From assembly GCA_963695655.1 (NCBI GenBank), contig CAVOHG010000009.1:229924-293923 (forward strand): a stretch of DNA of 64,000 nt, read 5' to 3'. Each line of letters starts with the position of its first letter. The first letter of the stretch is position 1. Shown here one piece after another: positions 20,631-32,002 of this stretch. This stretch comes from an uncultured Acidobacteriota bacterium. Its GTDB lineage: Bacteria; Acidobacteriota; Vicinamibacteria; Vicinamibacterales; 2-12-FULL-66-21. Under the pieces are notes generated by a model that made no database searches, had not been told where the DNA came from, and saw only the letters and a program-made list of their open reading frames with translations. A program made the position numbers and the translations under genes.

Positions 20631-23602
20631 ATGCGCGGTTTCGTTCCAGCGGTTCTCGTCGCGTCCTCTCTCACCGTTCTGCCCGGTGGCGCTGCTCAAG
20701 GCCGGCCCGCAGGCGCCGGCGCGGGCGAAACCTTCCCTCACCGCGCTCGACCGCTACGTCGCTGCCCCGGACTCGAGCTTTACATGGAAGGCCGTTCGAG
20801 ATCTCCCGGCTGAGGGCGTCACCGCGACCTTGATTGACATGACCTCTCAGCGCTGGCTGACCGAGAAGGAGGTCGAGCGCCCGCTGTGGACGCACTGGTT
20901 GACCGTCATCCGGCCGCAGACGGTGACGAGCGACATCGCGTTTCTCTACATCACCGGCGGAAGCCTCGACCGCGATCCGCCGGCGGAGCCCCCCGCCTGG
21001 CTCGTCGACGCGGCGCGGGACACGGGAACCGTCACGGCGGAGCTGCGGCTGGTACCGAACCAGCCGGTGGTGTTCACCGACGACCCGACGCATGCCGGGC
21101 GATCGGAGGACGACTTCATCGCGTACACGTGGAATAAATTCCTGCGCACAGGCGACGAACGATGGCCGGCACGGCTGCCGATGACGAAGAGTGCGGTGCG
21201 CGCGATGGATGCCGTAACCGCGTTCACGAGTTCGTCCGCGGGCGGCGGACACGCCGCCACCCGGTTCGTCGTCTCCGGCGCATCGAAGCGAGGATGGACG
21301 ACGTGGGCGACCGCGGCGGTCGATTCGCGGGTGATTGCGATCGCGCCGGCGGTCATCGATCTGCTCAACATCGAACCGTCGTTCAAGCATCACTTCCAGG
21401 CCTACGGCGCGTGGTCCGACGCGGTGCAGGACTACGTCGACCAGGGGATCATGAAGTGGCTCGGCACGCCCCAGTTCAAGGCGCTCATGCGGATCGAAGA
21501 GCCGTACGAGTACCGGGACAGGTTGACGATGCCGAAGTTCATCATGAATGCATCGGGCGATCAGTTCTTCCTGCCGGATTCGTCGCAGTTCTACTTCGAC
21601 CAGTTACCGGGCGAGAAGCACCTGCGCTACGTGCCGAACGCGTCGCATTCGCTCGACAAGACCGACGCGCTCGAGAGCGTCGAGGCGTTCTATGCGTCGA
21701 TCGTGAACGGGACACCGCGTCCGGACATCAACTGGACGTTCGAGCGGGACGGCTCGATCAAGGTCATCGCCAAAGACCGCCCCAGCGAGGTCGTGATGTG
21801 GCAGGCGTCGAATCCGGACGCCCGCAACTTCCGGCAGGACGTGATCGGCGATGCGTATCAGAGTACGACGCTGACGCCGTCGGGCCCGAACACCTGGGTC
21901 GGGCGTGTGCCGGCGCCGAAGAAGGGATGGACGGCGTTCTTCGTCGAGATGAGCTTCCCGACCGGCGGCAAGTATCCGCTGAAAGTGACCACTGGAATCC
22001 GTGTGCTTCCGGACACGCTGCCATACGCGGCGCCCAAACAGCAAAGCGCCGCGGCTGCTTCGGCGCCCCCTCCGCCTCCGCAGCAGTTCGATCTCGTCGT
22101 CTACGGCGGCACTGCCGGCGGAGTGATGACCGCGGTATCCGGTGCGCGTGAGGGGCTGAAGGTGGCGCTGCTCGAACCCGGCAGGCACCTGGGCGGAATG
22201 GTATCCGGCGGGCTCGGCTGGACGGACTACGGAAAGAAGGAGGTCATCGGCGGCTACTCGCTCGAGTTCTTCGAGCGGGTCGGCAAGAAATACGGACGCG
22301 GCAGATCGAATGGCACTTCGAACCCCACGTCGCGGAGGCGGTCTTCGACGAGCTGGTCAAGGAAGCCGGGCGTCAACGTGTTCCTCAACCATCGACTGCG
22401 TCAGCGGGCAGCCGTGCGCAAGACAGGTGCGAACGTGTCGGCTGTCGTGCTCGAGAACGGTGACGTGTTCGCCGGGAAGGTCTTCGCTGACGCCAGCTAC
22501 GAAGGGGATCTGATGGCGCAGGCCGGCGTGTCGTACACCTGGGGGCGCGAAGGCACGAACGAGTACGGCGAATCACTGGCCGGCGTGCGGGAGCATACAC
22601 CGCTGCACCAGTTCCGTGTGCCGGTCTCGCCGTTCGATGACGCCGGCAGACTCCTGCCGGAAATCACGCGCGCGGACCGAACGATGCGGTCGGCGCCGCG
22701 GACAAGCGCGTGCAGGCTTACAACTTCCGGTTGTGCATGACGACGACCACTGGCAATCGCGTCGCATGGCCGGTGCCCGCGCACTACGATCCATCGCGAT
22801 TCGAACTGCTGGCGCGATACCTGCCGGCCTTCGAAGCACAACTCGGGCGTCCGCTCGCGATCAACGACGTGATGAAGGCGGACATCCTCCAGAACGGCAA
22901 GACGGATACGAACAACAACGGCGCATTTTCGACCGACTACATCGGCGGCAGCTATGACTACCCCGAGGGGAACTACGCCACGCGCGCGCGGATCCGACAG
23001 GCGCACGTCGATTACATCCAGGGATTCCTGTACTTTCTCGCCAACGACCGTCGCGTGCCGGCGTCACTCCACGGGAGATGAACGAGTGGGGACTCTGCCG
23101 CGACGAGTTCACCGACACCGGCAACTGGCCCTACCAGCTGTACGTCCGCGAAGCGCGGCGCATGATCGGGCAATACGTCATGTCGCAGAAGGACATCCAG
23201 ACCGAGCTGACGAAGCCGGATGCCATCGGCATGGGTTCGTACAACAGCGACTCGCACAACGTTCAGCGGCGTCCCGACGCCGCCGGTATCGCGACGGAAA
23301 ACGAAGGCGACATGCAGGTGAAGGTGGCGCCTTACCAGATCCCGTACCGGGTGATGCTGCCGAAGCGGACCGAAGCCTCGAACCTGCTCGTGCCGGTGTG
23401 CTTTTCCGCGACCCATGTCGCCTACTCGACGCTCCGCATGGAACCGCAGTACATGATTCTCGGCCACGCCGCGGGGGTCGCGGCGAAAATGGCGATCGCC
23501 GGCAGCGTGCCGGTTCAGGACATCGACACCGCAGCGCTCCGCTCGCGCCTCGAGGCGGAGCGTGCGGTGCTCGCCGACAAGCCAGCTGCCGAAACCAAGT
23601 AG
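20631..23602 (+). CDS. PqaA-like (PhoPQ-activated pathogenicity) hydrolase fused to FAD-dependent oxidoreductase (several apparent indels)
   Basis: AAGGAG RBS and signal peptide; SGASKRGWTTW and GDQFFLPD; Pro/Ala linker; DLVVYGGTAGG, DASYEGDL, YVREARRMIG and STLRMEPQYM motifs. Confidence 0.8.
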
Positions 23603-23617
23603 CAGTGCGCCGGAACG

Positions 23618-23672
23618 CCAAACCCCGAACCTCGGAACCCGGAACCCCGAACCCGGAACCCCGAACCCGGAA
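23618..23672. repeat. Heptamer tract (CCCGAAC / CCGGAAC)
   Basis: About seven 7-mers abutting the stop codon at 23673. Confidence 0.85.
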
Positions 23673-24284
23673 CTAGATCTGATGTTCCGGGTGCGTGCAG
23701 CCCTTGAACTCTGCAAGGACGAGCTTGCCGTCGTCTCCCAGTTCCTGCTGCAATCCAATCTGCGTGGTGTAGTAGCCGGTGATCGTCATCGACTTGAGCG
23801 CACGGAAGAAGTCGGCGCCCGGTTTGTCCTCCGCGCTGACGCGATCGTCTGACGACAGCCGGGTCAGGAGCGCCGTCTGCTGCTCCGGCGTGGCCGACAG
23901 CACGTCCTTTCCGAACAGCGCGGTGCTGCGCGTGTCCATCCACGCCAGCCCCTTCAGAAATTCGTCCTTGTCAGGTGAGGTCGCCTCCTGGAGGAGCGTG
24001 TCGACGAAACGATTCACCTGCGCGATTTTCGCACCCGGCGTGTCGGTCTCCGGGATGATCAGCTCGCATAGCGTCGTGACGGTGTCGTTCTGGTGAGCCG
24101 TCAGCACTTTGGGTGACCACGGGCCCGCAGCTGCCGCCGCGGCAGTGGCGGCGTGCACGTGGGGCGCCTGCTCGCGCGCGAGCGCGCTCAACGCTTCGAC
24201 CCAGAGCGGCGCGGCCACGACTCCCGCGCCAGCGGCCGCAATCTTCCGCAGGGCGTCTCGCCTGTTCACTGCCTGTTGCACCAT
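23673..24284 (-). CDS. Gluconate 2-dehydrogenase subunit 3 family protein with Tat signal
   Basis: NRRDAL Tat motif; CELIIPETDTPGA and FF..LKSMTITGYYT motifs. Confidence 0.9.
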   Translation of the reverse strand: MVQQAVNRRDALRKIAAAGAGVVAAPLWVEALSALAREQAPHVHAATAAAAAAGPWSPKVLTAHQNDTVTTLCELIIPETDTPGAKIAQVNRFVDTLLQEATSPDKDEFLKGLAWMDTRSTALFGKDVLSATPEQQTALLTRLSSDDRVSAEDKPGADFFRALKSMTITGYYTTQIGLQQELGDDGKLVLAEFKGCTHPEHQI

Positions 24285-24297
24285 CGGTCGGCTCCGT

Positions 24298-25950
24298 TCA
24301 GAGATTGCCGCGCTTGATTTCGCCGGCCAGGTAGTCGGTGGCCCGCCACGACAGCGCCAGGATGGTGAGCGTCGGGTTCTTTTCGGTTGCGGTCGTGAAC
24401 GCCGAGCCGTCGACGACGAAAAGGTTCCTGACCTCGTGCATCTGGTTGAACCCGTTCAGTGCCGAGCGTTTCGGATCCGCACCCATGCGACAGGTGCTGT
24501 GCTCGTGGATCGCCGAGCCGTTCTTGTCGAGTTCTCCGCGGGTGTAGCCGACGAGGACACCGCCGGCGGCGTGCACGATTTCTTCCATCGTGTCCGCCAT
24601 GTGCTCGGTCATCTTCCGCTCGTTCTCTCCGATGGTGTAGTCGATCTTCAGCAGCGGCACGCCGTATCGATCCGGCCGGTTGGGATCGACGGTGATCCGG
24701 TTGTGCGCGTAGGGCAGGACCTCACCATACGGGTGGATTTCGAACCAGGCGGGATGGCGCCGCTTGATCTCGGTCTTCAGCGACACGCCAAAACCCGGGA
24801 TCAGCTCGCTGCCGCCATGCGCTCCAGCGGCACTGGCCCCGGTATTCCAGAATTGCGCGCCAAAGCCGCGCAGGTAATCGCGAGTCTTCCCGGGACGATG
24901 GTTGAACCGGGGCATGTAGACGTGCTCGCCGCCAATGCCGCGGTCGTTCCGGGTGGGCGCCCCCGCCAGCGTCGGCAGGTAGCCGCGCACGTGGAAGCGG
25001 ATCTGCTCCGACAGGTAGCGCCCGATGACGTCCGACCCATTACCGATGCCGTTGGGGTACTGCGGCGACTTCGAATTGAGCAGGATCCGGGTCGAGTCGA
25101 CGCAGCTGGCCCCGACGATCACCACCTTCGCGAGCACCTGCTGTTCGGCCCCGGTCTTCCGGTCGAAGTACTGGACACCCTTTGCGAGTCCCTTGTCGTC
25201 GACGAGAATGCGGCCGACGACGGCGTTCGACCGGATCTCGAGTCGTCCCGATTTGAGCGCGATCGGAAGGAGATGATCGGCGGAATTGAAGAACGATCCC
25301 GTGTCGCAGCCGGATCCGCAGGCGCCGCAGTAGTGACACGCCGGAAATCCGCCGGTCGGCTTCGTCATGTTCGCGCGGCGGCCGGCAACGACCGGAATGC
25401 CAAGGCCGGCCGCGGCCTTCTGCAGCAGCCGTTCACCGCAGCGCGGCGCGGGCGGCGGCTGCATGAACTTGCTGCCCGGGAGCGAGTCCGAATAGTCGGT
25501 GCCGCCGCAGACGCCAATCAGCTGTTCGACCCGGTCGTAGTACGGCGCGACGTCGGAGTATCCGATCGGCCACGGGATCTCCCAGCCGTCGCGCTCGGCC
25601 CCCTTGAAGTCCATCTCGGAGTAGCGGAGGCTGACGCGACCCCAGACGTTGGTCTTGCCGCCGTGACCCCAGACACGAACGAGCTCGAAGGGCCGATCGG
25701 GGGGCGTGAGATAGGGCTGCTCCTTGACGTCGAGAAAGAACTGCGGCGGCTGCTCGCCGCGGGCGGTGCGCTCACGCGCTTCCCATGGCTGAACGTGGGT
25801 CCAGAACTTCGTGCGGTCGAAGCGGTCGCCGGCATCGAGCATCAGGACCTTGATGCCCTTTTTTGTCAGGTTCCAGGCCGCCATGCCCCCGGAAGCACCG
25901 CTGCCGATGATGACGACCGGATGCACCTGGGCCGATTTGATGATTTGCAT
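24298..25950 (-). CDS. GMC-family FAD oxidoreductase
   Basis: [32 protein letters not shown] and NPTLTI motifs. Confidence 0.93.
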   Translation of the reverse strand: MQIIKSAQVHPVVIIGSGASGGMAAWNLTKKGIKVLMLDAGDRFDRTKFWTHVQPWEARERTARGEQPPQFFLDVKEQPYLTPPDRPFELVRVWGHGGKTNVWGRVSLRYSEMDFKGAERDGWEIPWPIGYSDVAPYYDRVEQLIGVCGGTDYSDSLPGSKFMQPPPAPRCGERLLQKAAAGLGIPVVAGRRANMTKPTGGFPACHYCGACGSGCDTGSFFNSADHLLPIALKSGRLEIRSNAVVGRILVDDKGLAKGVQYFDRKTGAEQQVLAKVVIVGASCVDSTRILLNSKSPQYPNGIGNGSDVIGRYLSEQIRFHVRGYLPTLAGAPTRNDRGIGGEHVYMPRFNHRPGKTRDYLRGFGAQFWNTGASAAGAHGGSELIPGFGVSLKTEIKRRHPAWFEIHPYGEVLPYAHNRITVDPNRPDRYGVPLLKIDYTIGENERKMTEHMADTMEEIVHAAGGVLVGYTRGELDKNGSAIHEHSTCRMGADPKRSALNGFNQMHEVRNLFVVDGSAFTTATEKNPTLTILALSWRATDYLAGEIKRGNL

Positions 25951-26112
25951 GTCTGTAATCGCTGTGGCGCGGGAACGGTGGCGGGCGCGAGCATGTCACA
26001 GCCCCGCGGGTCCGGGCAACGGTGCGGATCAGGGCCCGGCGCCTGCGCCAGAGCCGGGCAAAAGGCGTAATATACAGGAGTGCCGGCGGCGCCCGGCCGG
26101 GAGAGAAATCAC

Positions 26113-26913
26113 GTGGGAAAACAGATAATTACCGCTTCGGGCAAGGCCGTCACCCAGTTCCGCGACTACGATAACGCCCTGCCGCGGGTCGAGGCGTTCT
26201 ACGCCGCCAACCACAAGCACCAGACGCTGGATTTCGTGCTCGAAAAGAAGCGCGAGTACCTGTCGCTCAACCGGAAGACGTTCACGGTCTGGGAAGCGCT
26301 CGAATTCCTGAACAGCCTCGTCGACGACAGCGATCCCGACGTCGACTTCACCCAGATCGAGCACGCGCTGCAGACCGCCGAGTCCATCCGCGTCGCCGGG
26401 CAGCCGCGATGGTTCATCGTCACCGGCCTGGTTCACGATCTTGGCAAGATTCTCTGCCTGTTCGGCGAACCGCAGTGGGCGGTCGTCGGCGACACATTCC
26501 CGGTCGGCTGCCGCTGGTCGCCGAAAATTGTCTACAGCCAGTTCTTCAGCGAGAATCCCGACCGGCTCGTGCCCGAGTACCAGACCGAGAACGGGATCTA
26601 TGAGCCCGGCTGCGGCCTCGACAACGTGCACATGTCGTGGGGCCACGACGAGTACGTGTATCACGCCGTCAAGGGTCAACTCCCGGACGAAGCGCTCTAC
26701 ATGCTGCGCTACCACTCCTTCTACCCGTGGCACAAGGAAGAGGAATACTCGCACCTGCTCAATGACCGGGACCGCTCGATGTTGAAGTGGGTCCGGGCCT
26801 TCAATCGCTACGACCTGTACTCGAAGGGCAGCGCCCGGCCGAAGGTCGAGGAGCTGATGCCGTACTACGAGGACCTGACCAAGGAGTTCTTCCCGGCGCC
26901 GCTCCGCTGGTAG
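26113..26913 (+). CDS. myo-Inositol oxygenase (MIOX family)
   Basis: [41 protein letters not shown] and RYHSFYPWH, the di-iron MIOX motifs. Confidence 0.93.
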   Translation: MGKQIITASGKAVTQFRDYDNALPRVEAFYAANHKHQTLDFVLEKKREYLSLNRKTFTVWEALEFLNSLVDDSDPDVDFTQIEHALQTAESIRVAGQPRWFIVTGLVHDLGKILCLFGEPQWAVVGDTFPVGCRWSPKIVYSQFFSENPDRLVPEYQTENGIYEPGCGLDNVHMSWGHDEYVYHAVKGQLPDEALYMLRYHSFYPWHKEEEYSHLLNDRDRSMLKWVRAFNRYDLYSKGSARPKVEELMPYYEDLTKEFFPAPLRW

Positions 26914-26926
26914 ACGCCGGCCTGTC

Positions 26927-27009
26927 GCGCGTTGCACGTGGCACGTCCGACCTCGGGCCTAGCACGTAGCACGTGGCACCTCGGGCGTGGGTCGTAGCAC
27001 GTGGCACGT
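26927..27009. repeat. Heptamer tract (GCACGTG / GCACGTA)
   Basis: Degenerate 7-mers between the convergent stops of MIOX and the SDR. Confidence 0.75.
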
Positions 27010-27766
27010 TTACCCCCGGCCGATGAACGGCATCTTCGTCGCCATCACCGTCATGAACTGCACGTTGGCATCGAGCGGCAACCCCGCCATGTAAACGACG
27101 GCGGCGGCGACGTGGGCGAGATCGAGCAGCGGCTCGACCACCACGTCCCCGTTCGCCTGCAACACGCCTTTCGCCATCCGCGTGGTCATCTCGGTTGCGG
27201 CGTTGCCGATGTCGATCTGGCTGCACGCGATGTCGTACTTCCGGCCGTCGAGCGATGTCGATTTCGTCAGCCCGGTGACGGCGTGCTTCGTGGCCGTGTA
27301 GGCGATGGAATCCGGCCGCGGCGTGTAGGCCGAGATCGATCCGTTGTTGATGATGCGTCCGCCGCGCGGGCTTTGCACCTTCATCAACGCAAAGGCCTGT
27401 TGCGTGCACAGGAATGCACCGGTCAGGTTGGTATCGACCACCGAGCGCCACTGCGCGATGGAAAGGTCCTCGAGCGGCACACCGGGGACGTTGATCCCGG
27501 CGTTGTTGAAGAGGACGTCGAGCCGGCCGAAACGCTCCTTCGTGCGGGCGAACAGGGCGCGTACCGGACTCGGGATCGCTCACGTCTGCGGTGTGAGCAA
27601 GGGCGTTGGCCGCGCTGCCCGCTTCAACGATCGCCTGCTTCAGCGGATCCGGCCGGCGGCCCGCCAGCACCACGGAATAGCCTTCCTTCAGCAACGCGAG
27701 GGCGACCGCTTTGCCGATGCCGCTCCCCGCGCCCGTCACGAGCGCTACCTTCGACCCTGTGCTCAC
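27010..27766 (-). CDS. SDR-family NAD(P)-dependent oxidoreductase (apparent indel near 27570)
   Basis: [20 protein letters not shown] and YTATK motifs across two frames. Confidence 0.9.
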
Positions 27767-27836
27767 GTCTTGTCCCCGATTTCGATGCGACCGCGGCGCC
27801 TGCACCTCGACATGCAGGCCGCCGGCGAGCCGAACG

Positions 27837-28313
27837 CTACTTCCACACGCCGAGCAGGCGGCGGACCACGATCAGCTCGCCAATGTGGTAAGCCGAGTGG
27901 TCAGCCACGAGGAGCAGCTCGCGTAAATAGGTCTGCCCGCTGCCGTGTGGAATCGTCGCGGTGAGATCCACTGCCGGATCGGTCGCGAGTTGCTGCAGAG
28001 CCGTCCGGTCCTGCCGGAATTGCGCGACGCTTTCGTCCCAGGCTTGCGGGGTTGGCGGTTCGGCGCTCGCCGGCCAGTAATCGGCCGGCCAGTTCAGCTC
28101 CTCGTAGTCTGAGTTCCGGCAGAACTCGAGGATGTCGCGCTGCGTCCGGCGGAGATGCTCGAGCAACTGCCAGGGCGTATACGGCAGGCCGTCCGGCATT
28201 TTCCCGCGCGCTGCCGCCGGTATCCCCTCTATCGCCGTGTCGAACCCGACGTGCGCGTCTTCCCACGCGAGAAGACGGCCCACGTGCTGCCTGATTGCTT
28301 CCTCAGAGGCCAT
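27837..28313 (-). CDS. DinB-family protein
   Basis: WQLLEHLR..Q.DIL and LRELLLVADHSAYHIG metal-binding histidines. Confidence 0.88.
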   Translation of the reverse strand: MASEEAIRQHVGRLLAWEDAHVGFDTAIEGIPAAARGKMPDGLPYTPWQLLEHLRRTQRDILEFCRNSDYEELNWPADYWPASAEPPTPQAWDESVAQFRQDRTALQQLATDPAVDLTATIPHGSGQTYLRELLLVADHSAYHIGELIVVRRLLGVWK

Positions 28314-28332
28314 GAGCGTTCACTCCCGCAAT

Positions 28333-28527
28333 GACTTCCGCCTAAAGGCGGAAGCTACAAGCCACTGAATTCCGCCTAAAGGCGGAAGCTACGAGCCACT
28401 GACTTCCGCCTAAAGGCGGAAGCTACAAGCCACTGAATTCCGCCTAAAAGGCGGAAGCTACGAGCCACTGACTTCCGCCTGAAGGCGGAAGCTACGAGCC
28501 ACTGACTTCCGCCTGAAGGCGGAAGCT
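28333..28527 (-). repeat. Tandem array of six 34-bp REP units
   Basis: Unit GA(C/A)TTCCGCCT(A/G)AAGGCGGAAGCTAC(A/G)AGCCACT starting at 28333, 28367, 28401, 28435, 28470 and 28504. Confidence 0.95.
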
Positions 28528-28627
28528 CAGCACCGTGGCCCGCGTTGCTCCAGAGGAAGCATCGAGCTTCGGCGCGGTCTCGCCACAGCCCGCATGAGCC
28601 TCTGGGCGGGCGGAGGCGGACACCTTT

Positions 28628-29077
28628 TTATTGCTTCGCCTTCAACATGCCCGGCGAATTCCATTTGATGACGTGGTAGACAGCGGGTCCGTCGCCGACG
28701 TTCTTGATGCTGTGCAGCTGATTCGATGCCTGGAAGATGATCGAGCCGGGGCCGACCTGTTTGAGCTGCCCGTTGACCAGCGATTCGACCGTGCCTTCCT
28801 TGATGATCACCAGCTCTTCGTCGGGGTGCTTGTGCGGCGCGTGTGGCGACTCACCCTTGTTCAGCGTGGTGATGTGAATTTCGAGCTCGTCGAGGGTGGC
28901 GGTCGGTGCCTGCACAACGTGCCGAACGGTGCCGGTCTTGTTCGGCTCCTCTTTGAAGCTGTTCCAGTCGAAGATCGTCGAACCCATCACCGGCGCCGCG
29001 GCGCGTGTGCCCGCCGTTGCCGCCAGCGTGACCACCGACGCAACCGCCGCGATGCACAAGTCCCTGCGACTCACCAT
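28628..29077 (-). CDS. Exported cupin-domain protein
   Basis: SRRDL Tat-like start; HAPHKHPDEELVIIKEG and LHSIKNVG cupin motifs. Confidence 0.88.
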   Translation of the reverse strand: MVSRRDLCIAAVASVVTLAATAGTRAAAPVMGSTIFDWNSFKEEPNKTGTVRHVVQAPTATLDELEIHITTLNKGESPHAPHKHPDEELVIIKEGTVESLVNGQLKQVGPGSIIFQASNQLHSIKNVGDGPAVYHVIKWNSPGMLKAKQ

Positions 29078-29130
29078 GTCTGACTCCTCTCAGCTGCCTG
29101 AAGGCCGATCGCGGCCCGCTGTTACCTGGC

Positions 29131-30451
29131 TCAGTGGGTGGGACGCGTTCGGTCTTCGACCAGCGCCTGGTAGACCAGCGTCGGGAACTTTGCCGTGATG
29201 TCCGAGGTGCTCGGGAGCAGCTGGATCATCAGCAGCATGACCACCCTGGCATCCGGATCCACCTTGTAGGTGGACCCATAGGCGCCGCCCCAGCCGTACG
29301 ACCCGACGGACGCCAGCCCCGCCGCACCATACCGGTCGGTCGTCTCGAAGCCCAACCCGAAGCCAAGCCCGGTGGCGGAGTGGAGATCGCCCACCTGGTT
29401 GGTCGTCATCAGCGCAACCGTGCGCGGCGCGAGGATGCGGACCCCGTCGAGCGCTCCGCCGTGGCGTATCATTTCCAGGAATCGGCCGTAGTCCCTGGCC
29501 GTGGACAGCAATCCTGCTCCGCCGGCGAAACTCTTGCGCGGGCCGTCGACGTAATGCCCCTGCCCGCGGGCGCCGTCGGGAGCCCGCGTGATGCGGCCGT
29601 CAGGTCCGCTCGCGTAGACCGCGGTCAGGCGATCGCGCTGGTTCGGCGGCAGGTAGAAATGCGTGTCCTGCATGTGCAGCGGACCCGTGATTCGCTCCGC
29701 GATGAAGCGATCGAGCGGCACGCCTGACGCCCGTTCGATGACGCACCCGAGAATATCCGTGTTGTAGCCGTAGACATACGACTCGCCAGGCTGGGCGGCA
29801 AATGGGAGTGATGCAAGCCGCTCCATCGTGTCGCAGATAGGCTCGTCCTTGTCCGCGGTGTACCAACCGAAGCCAGCCGCGGGCCCGAGCCCCTTTGCCT
29901 CGTAGAGCGCCGCCTCCGCCCGCCCGGTGCCATACGAGATCCCGGCGGTGTGCGTCAGGAGATCCCGAATCGTGATCGTGCGCTTCGCCGGCACGGTCGT
30001 CACCGCACCGTCCTTCTCCACCGTTACCGTCTGTTTTCGCAAACGCCGGGATGAACAGGCTGACGGGGTCGTTGAGCGCGAGCTTCCCTTCTTCCATGAG
30101 CGAGAGGATGCCGACACTCGTCAGTGCCTTCGATTGCGAGGCGATCCGGAAGATGCCGTCCGTCGCCATGCGGCGGCCGGCCTCCTTGTCGCTCCAGCCG
30201 AACGCGCGCTCGTAAACGGGCCGCCCATCGCGGAGCACGAGGACGACGGCGCCGCCAACCTGCCCTTCGTCGACGTACCGCTGGAACACGGTGTCGATTC
30301 GCGCGAGCCGATCGGCGGCAAACGCTTTCGCGCTGGCGGTCGTCGCCGCGGGCCTGGCTGCCGATGGGGGTGCGGGTGCAGTGGCGGCCTGCTGCGCCTG
30401 CACCATTGCAGGCGCCGCGAGCGCCAGGAGCAGGAGGTATCGCTTCAGCAT
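29131..30451 (-). CDS. Serine hydrolase, beta-lactamase-related (apparent indel near 30040)
   Basis: FRIASQSK (SxxK), DLLTHTAG, YGYN and YGWGGAYG motifs. Confidence 0.9.
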
Positions 30452-30488
30452 GGGCGCATTCTACAAGGTTCTCCCTCGAACCCGCCGC

Positions 30489-31613
30489 TCACGCCGTTCT
30501 GACCTGTGGAATGCGTTCCGCGACCGGCGGCAGCGCCGGGAAATCCGTGAACGGCGCGGCCTGATACCAGTACGCACTGGAAAAGAAGCTGTCCGATCGA
30601 TCGTTGGCGTGGCCGTGCTCGATCGTGTGCTTCAGGTATCGATCGAACGTGACCGGGTTGTCCCCGTGCCAGCGGTAACAGCAGTACCGCCCGCCGGTCC
30701 GTTCCGGATTGACGATGATCGGCGCGCCATACATCGCATGGCTGAACGGCACCGCACCCTCACGGCCGCCGAAGTTCCAGCTGCCGAGGAAGTAGTCTTC
30801 GGTTCCGGTCCCGACGATCACCGGCTTCGACTCATCGTCGACGAAGATCATCTCGTCGCCTTCGCCCCACCAGCCGTTGGCATTCTGCAGCACGCCCATG
30901 GTGACACCCATGAGATGCCCGCGGCCGCGCGTTTCCATGTAAACGTAATTGTCCTTGCCGTCAGGATTCAGCTTCACCGACGGATCGGCGGCGCGCTGGG
31001 TCGCGGGACGCTGACGATACTGGGCATGGAAATACATCGCGTCGTCGGGCAGCCTCGGGACCGACATGTAGTCGATGTTCGAATAGAACGAACCCACTTC
31101 CTGCGTGCCTTCGTTGGTGACCGTGAACCGGGCCGAGTTCTTGTACGGCATCGCGAAGTAGCTGTTGAGCGACTTGCCCGGCGAACAGGCGAGGTACTGC
31201 GATTCGTAGATCTGGTACGCGCCCAGGTTGAGGCCGAAGAAATCGCCGATCGGAACCTCCACGCTTGGTTTCGTGTTCCCGTCCCAATACCCGCGGAGGA
31301 CGAGCTCCTTGAGGTGGTCCCCGCTCCGCGCCGAGATGGTGAACCAGATGTGGGTGATGACGCCGGGTCCGGAGGCGTTGAAGACTTCCTGCACGGCTCC
31401 GCCTGCAATCGGCCAGCGGTCGCTGTTGCCGCCGGTTCTGTCGTAGCTCGATTGCTTGAGCGAACGGTAATGCTGCGCCCGGGCGTACTGCGGCAGAAAT
31501 GAAAAATCCCCGGGTGCCGGCACCTGCGCGCTGGCGGGTGCCGCTGCCGCGAGCGCTCCCGCGCTGAGCATGCCCTGCAGGAACCCACGACGCTGACTCG
31601 CTCTGGAATCCAT
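30489..31613 (-). CDS. DUF2961 / GH172-like glycoside hydrolase with Tat signal
   Basis: RRGFL Tat; GPGVITHIWFT, WWGEGDE, GTGTEDYF and IEHGHAN motifs. Confidence 0.9.
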   Translation of the reverse strand: MDSRASQRRGFLQGMLSAGALAAAAPASAQVPAPGDFSFLPQYARAQHYRSLKQSSYDRTGGNSDRWPIAGGAVQEVFNASGPGVITHIWFTISARSGDHLKELVLRGYWDGNTKPSVEVPIGDFFGLNLGAYQIYESQYLACSPGKSLNSYFAMPYKNSARFTVTNEGTQEVGSFYSNIDYMSVPRLPDDAMYFHAQYRQRPATQRAADPSVKLNPDGKDNYVYMETRGRGHLMGVTMGVLQNANGWWGEGDEMIFVDDESKPVIVGTGTEDYFLGSWNFGGREGAVPFSHAMYGAPIIVNPERTGGRYCCYRWHGDNPVTFDRYLKHTIEHGHANDRSDSFFSSAYWYQAAPFTDFPALPPVAERIPQVRTA

Positions 31614-32002
31614 CTCTGCCTCCCTCCGCAGCGCATCACTACGCGCCTGTCGCCCGGTTAGTGCGGCTGAGTGTAACCGAGGACGCGCCTTCGCAGCCCG
31701 GGTCCGGTGGCGCCGAAAGTGTCGCGATTAGCGGCCGATGGGACAAAACGCGAGATGTTGACATCGGAACTCGGCAAACGCTACATATGGTGGTTCATGG
31801 TTGCTCACCCAACGGGGTGGGGAGTGAACCGGAGCGTTGCTTGCGCTCCCTTCGGAACCGCGTATCGGGCAACGTGCGCGGCGGTCCCGAGCGGCTCCCC
31901 CTTCAGTGTGGCATTCCTGTCCAAAGCTGAACCCCTCGACCGGCAGGGTTCGTGCAGTAGCGACAAACAAGCAACAGCTGGATTCGGAGCGGAGGCGGCG
32001 CG

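Noticed and set aside
28333-28527. Possible CRISPR array
   Set aside because: The sequences between palindromes are about 10 nt and nearly identical, not unique spacers, and no cas genes are present. It is a tandem REP array.
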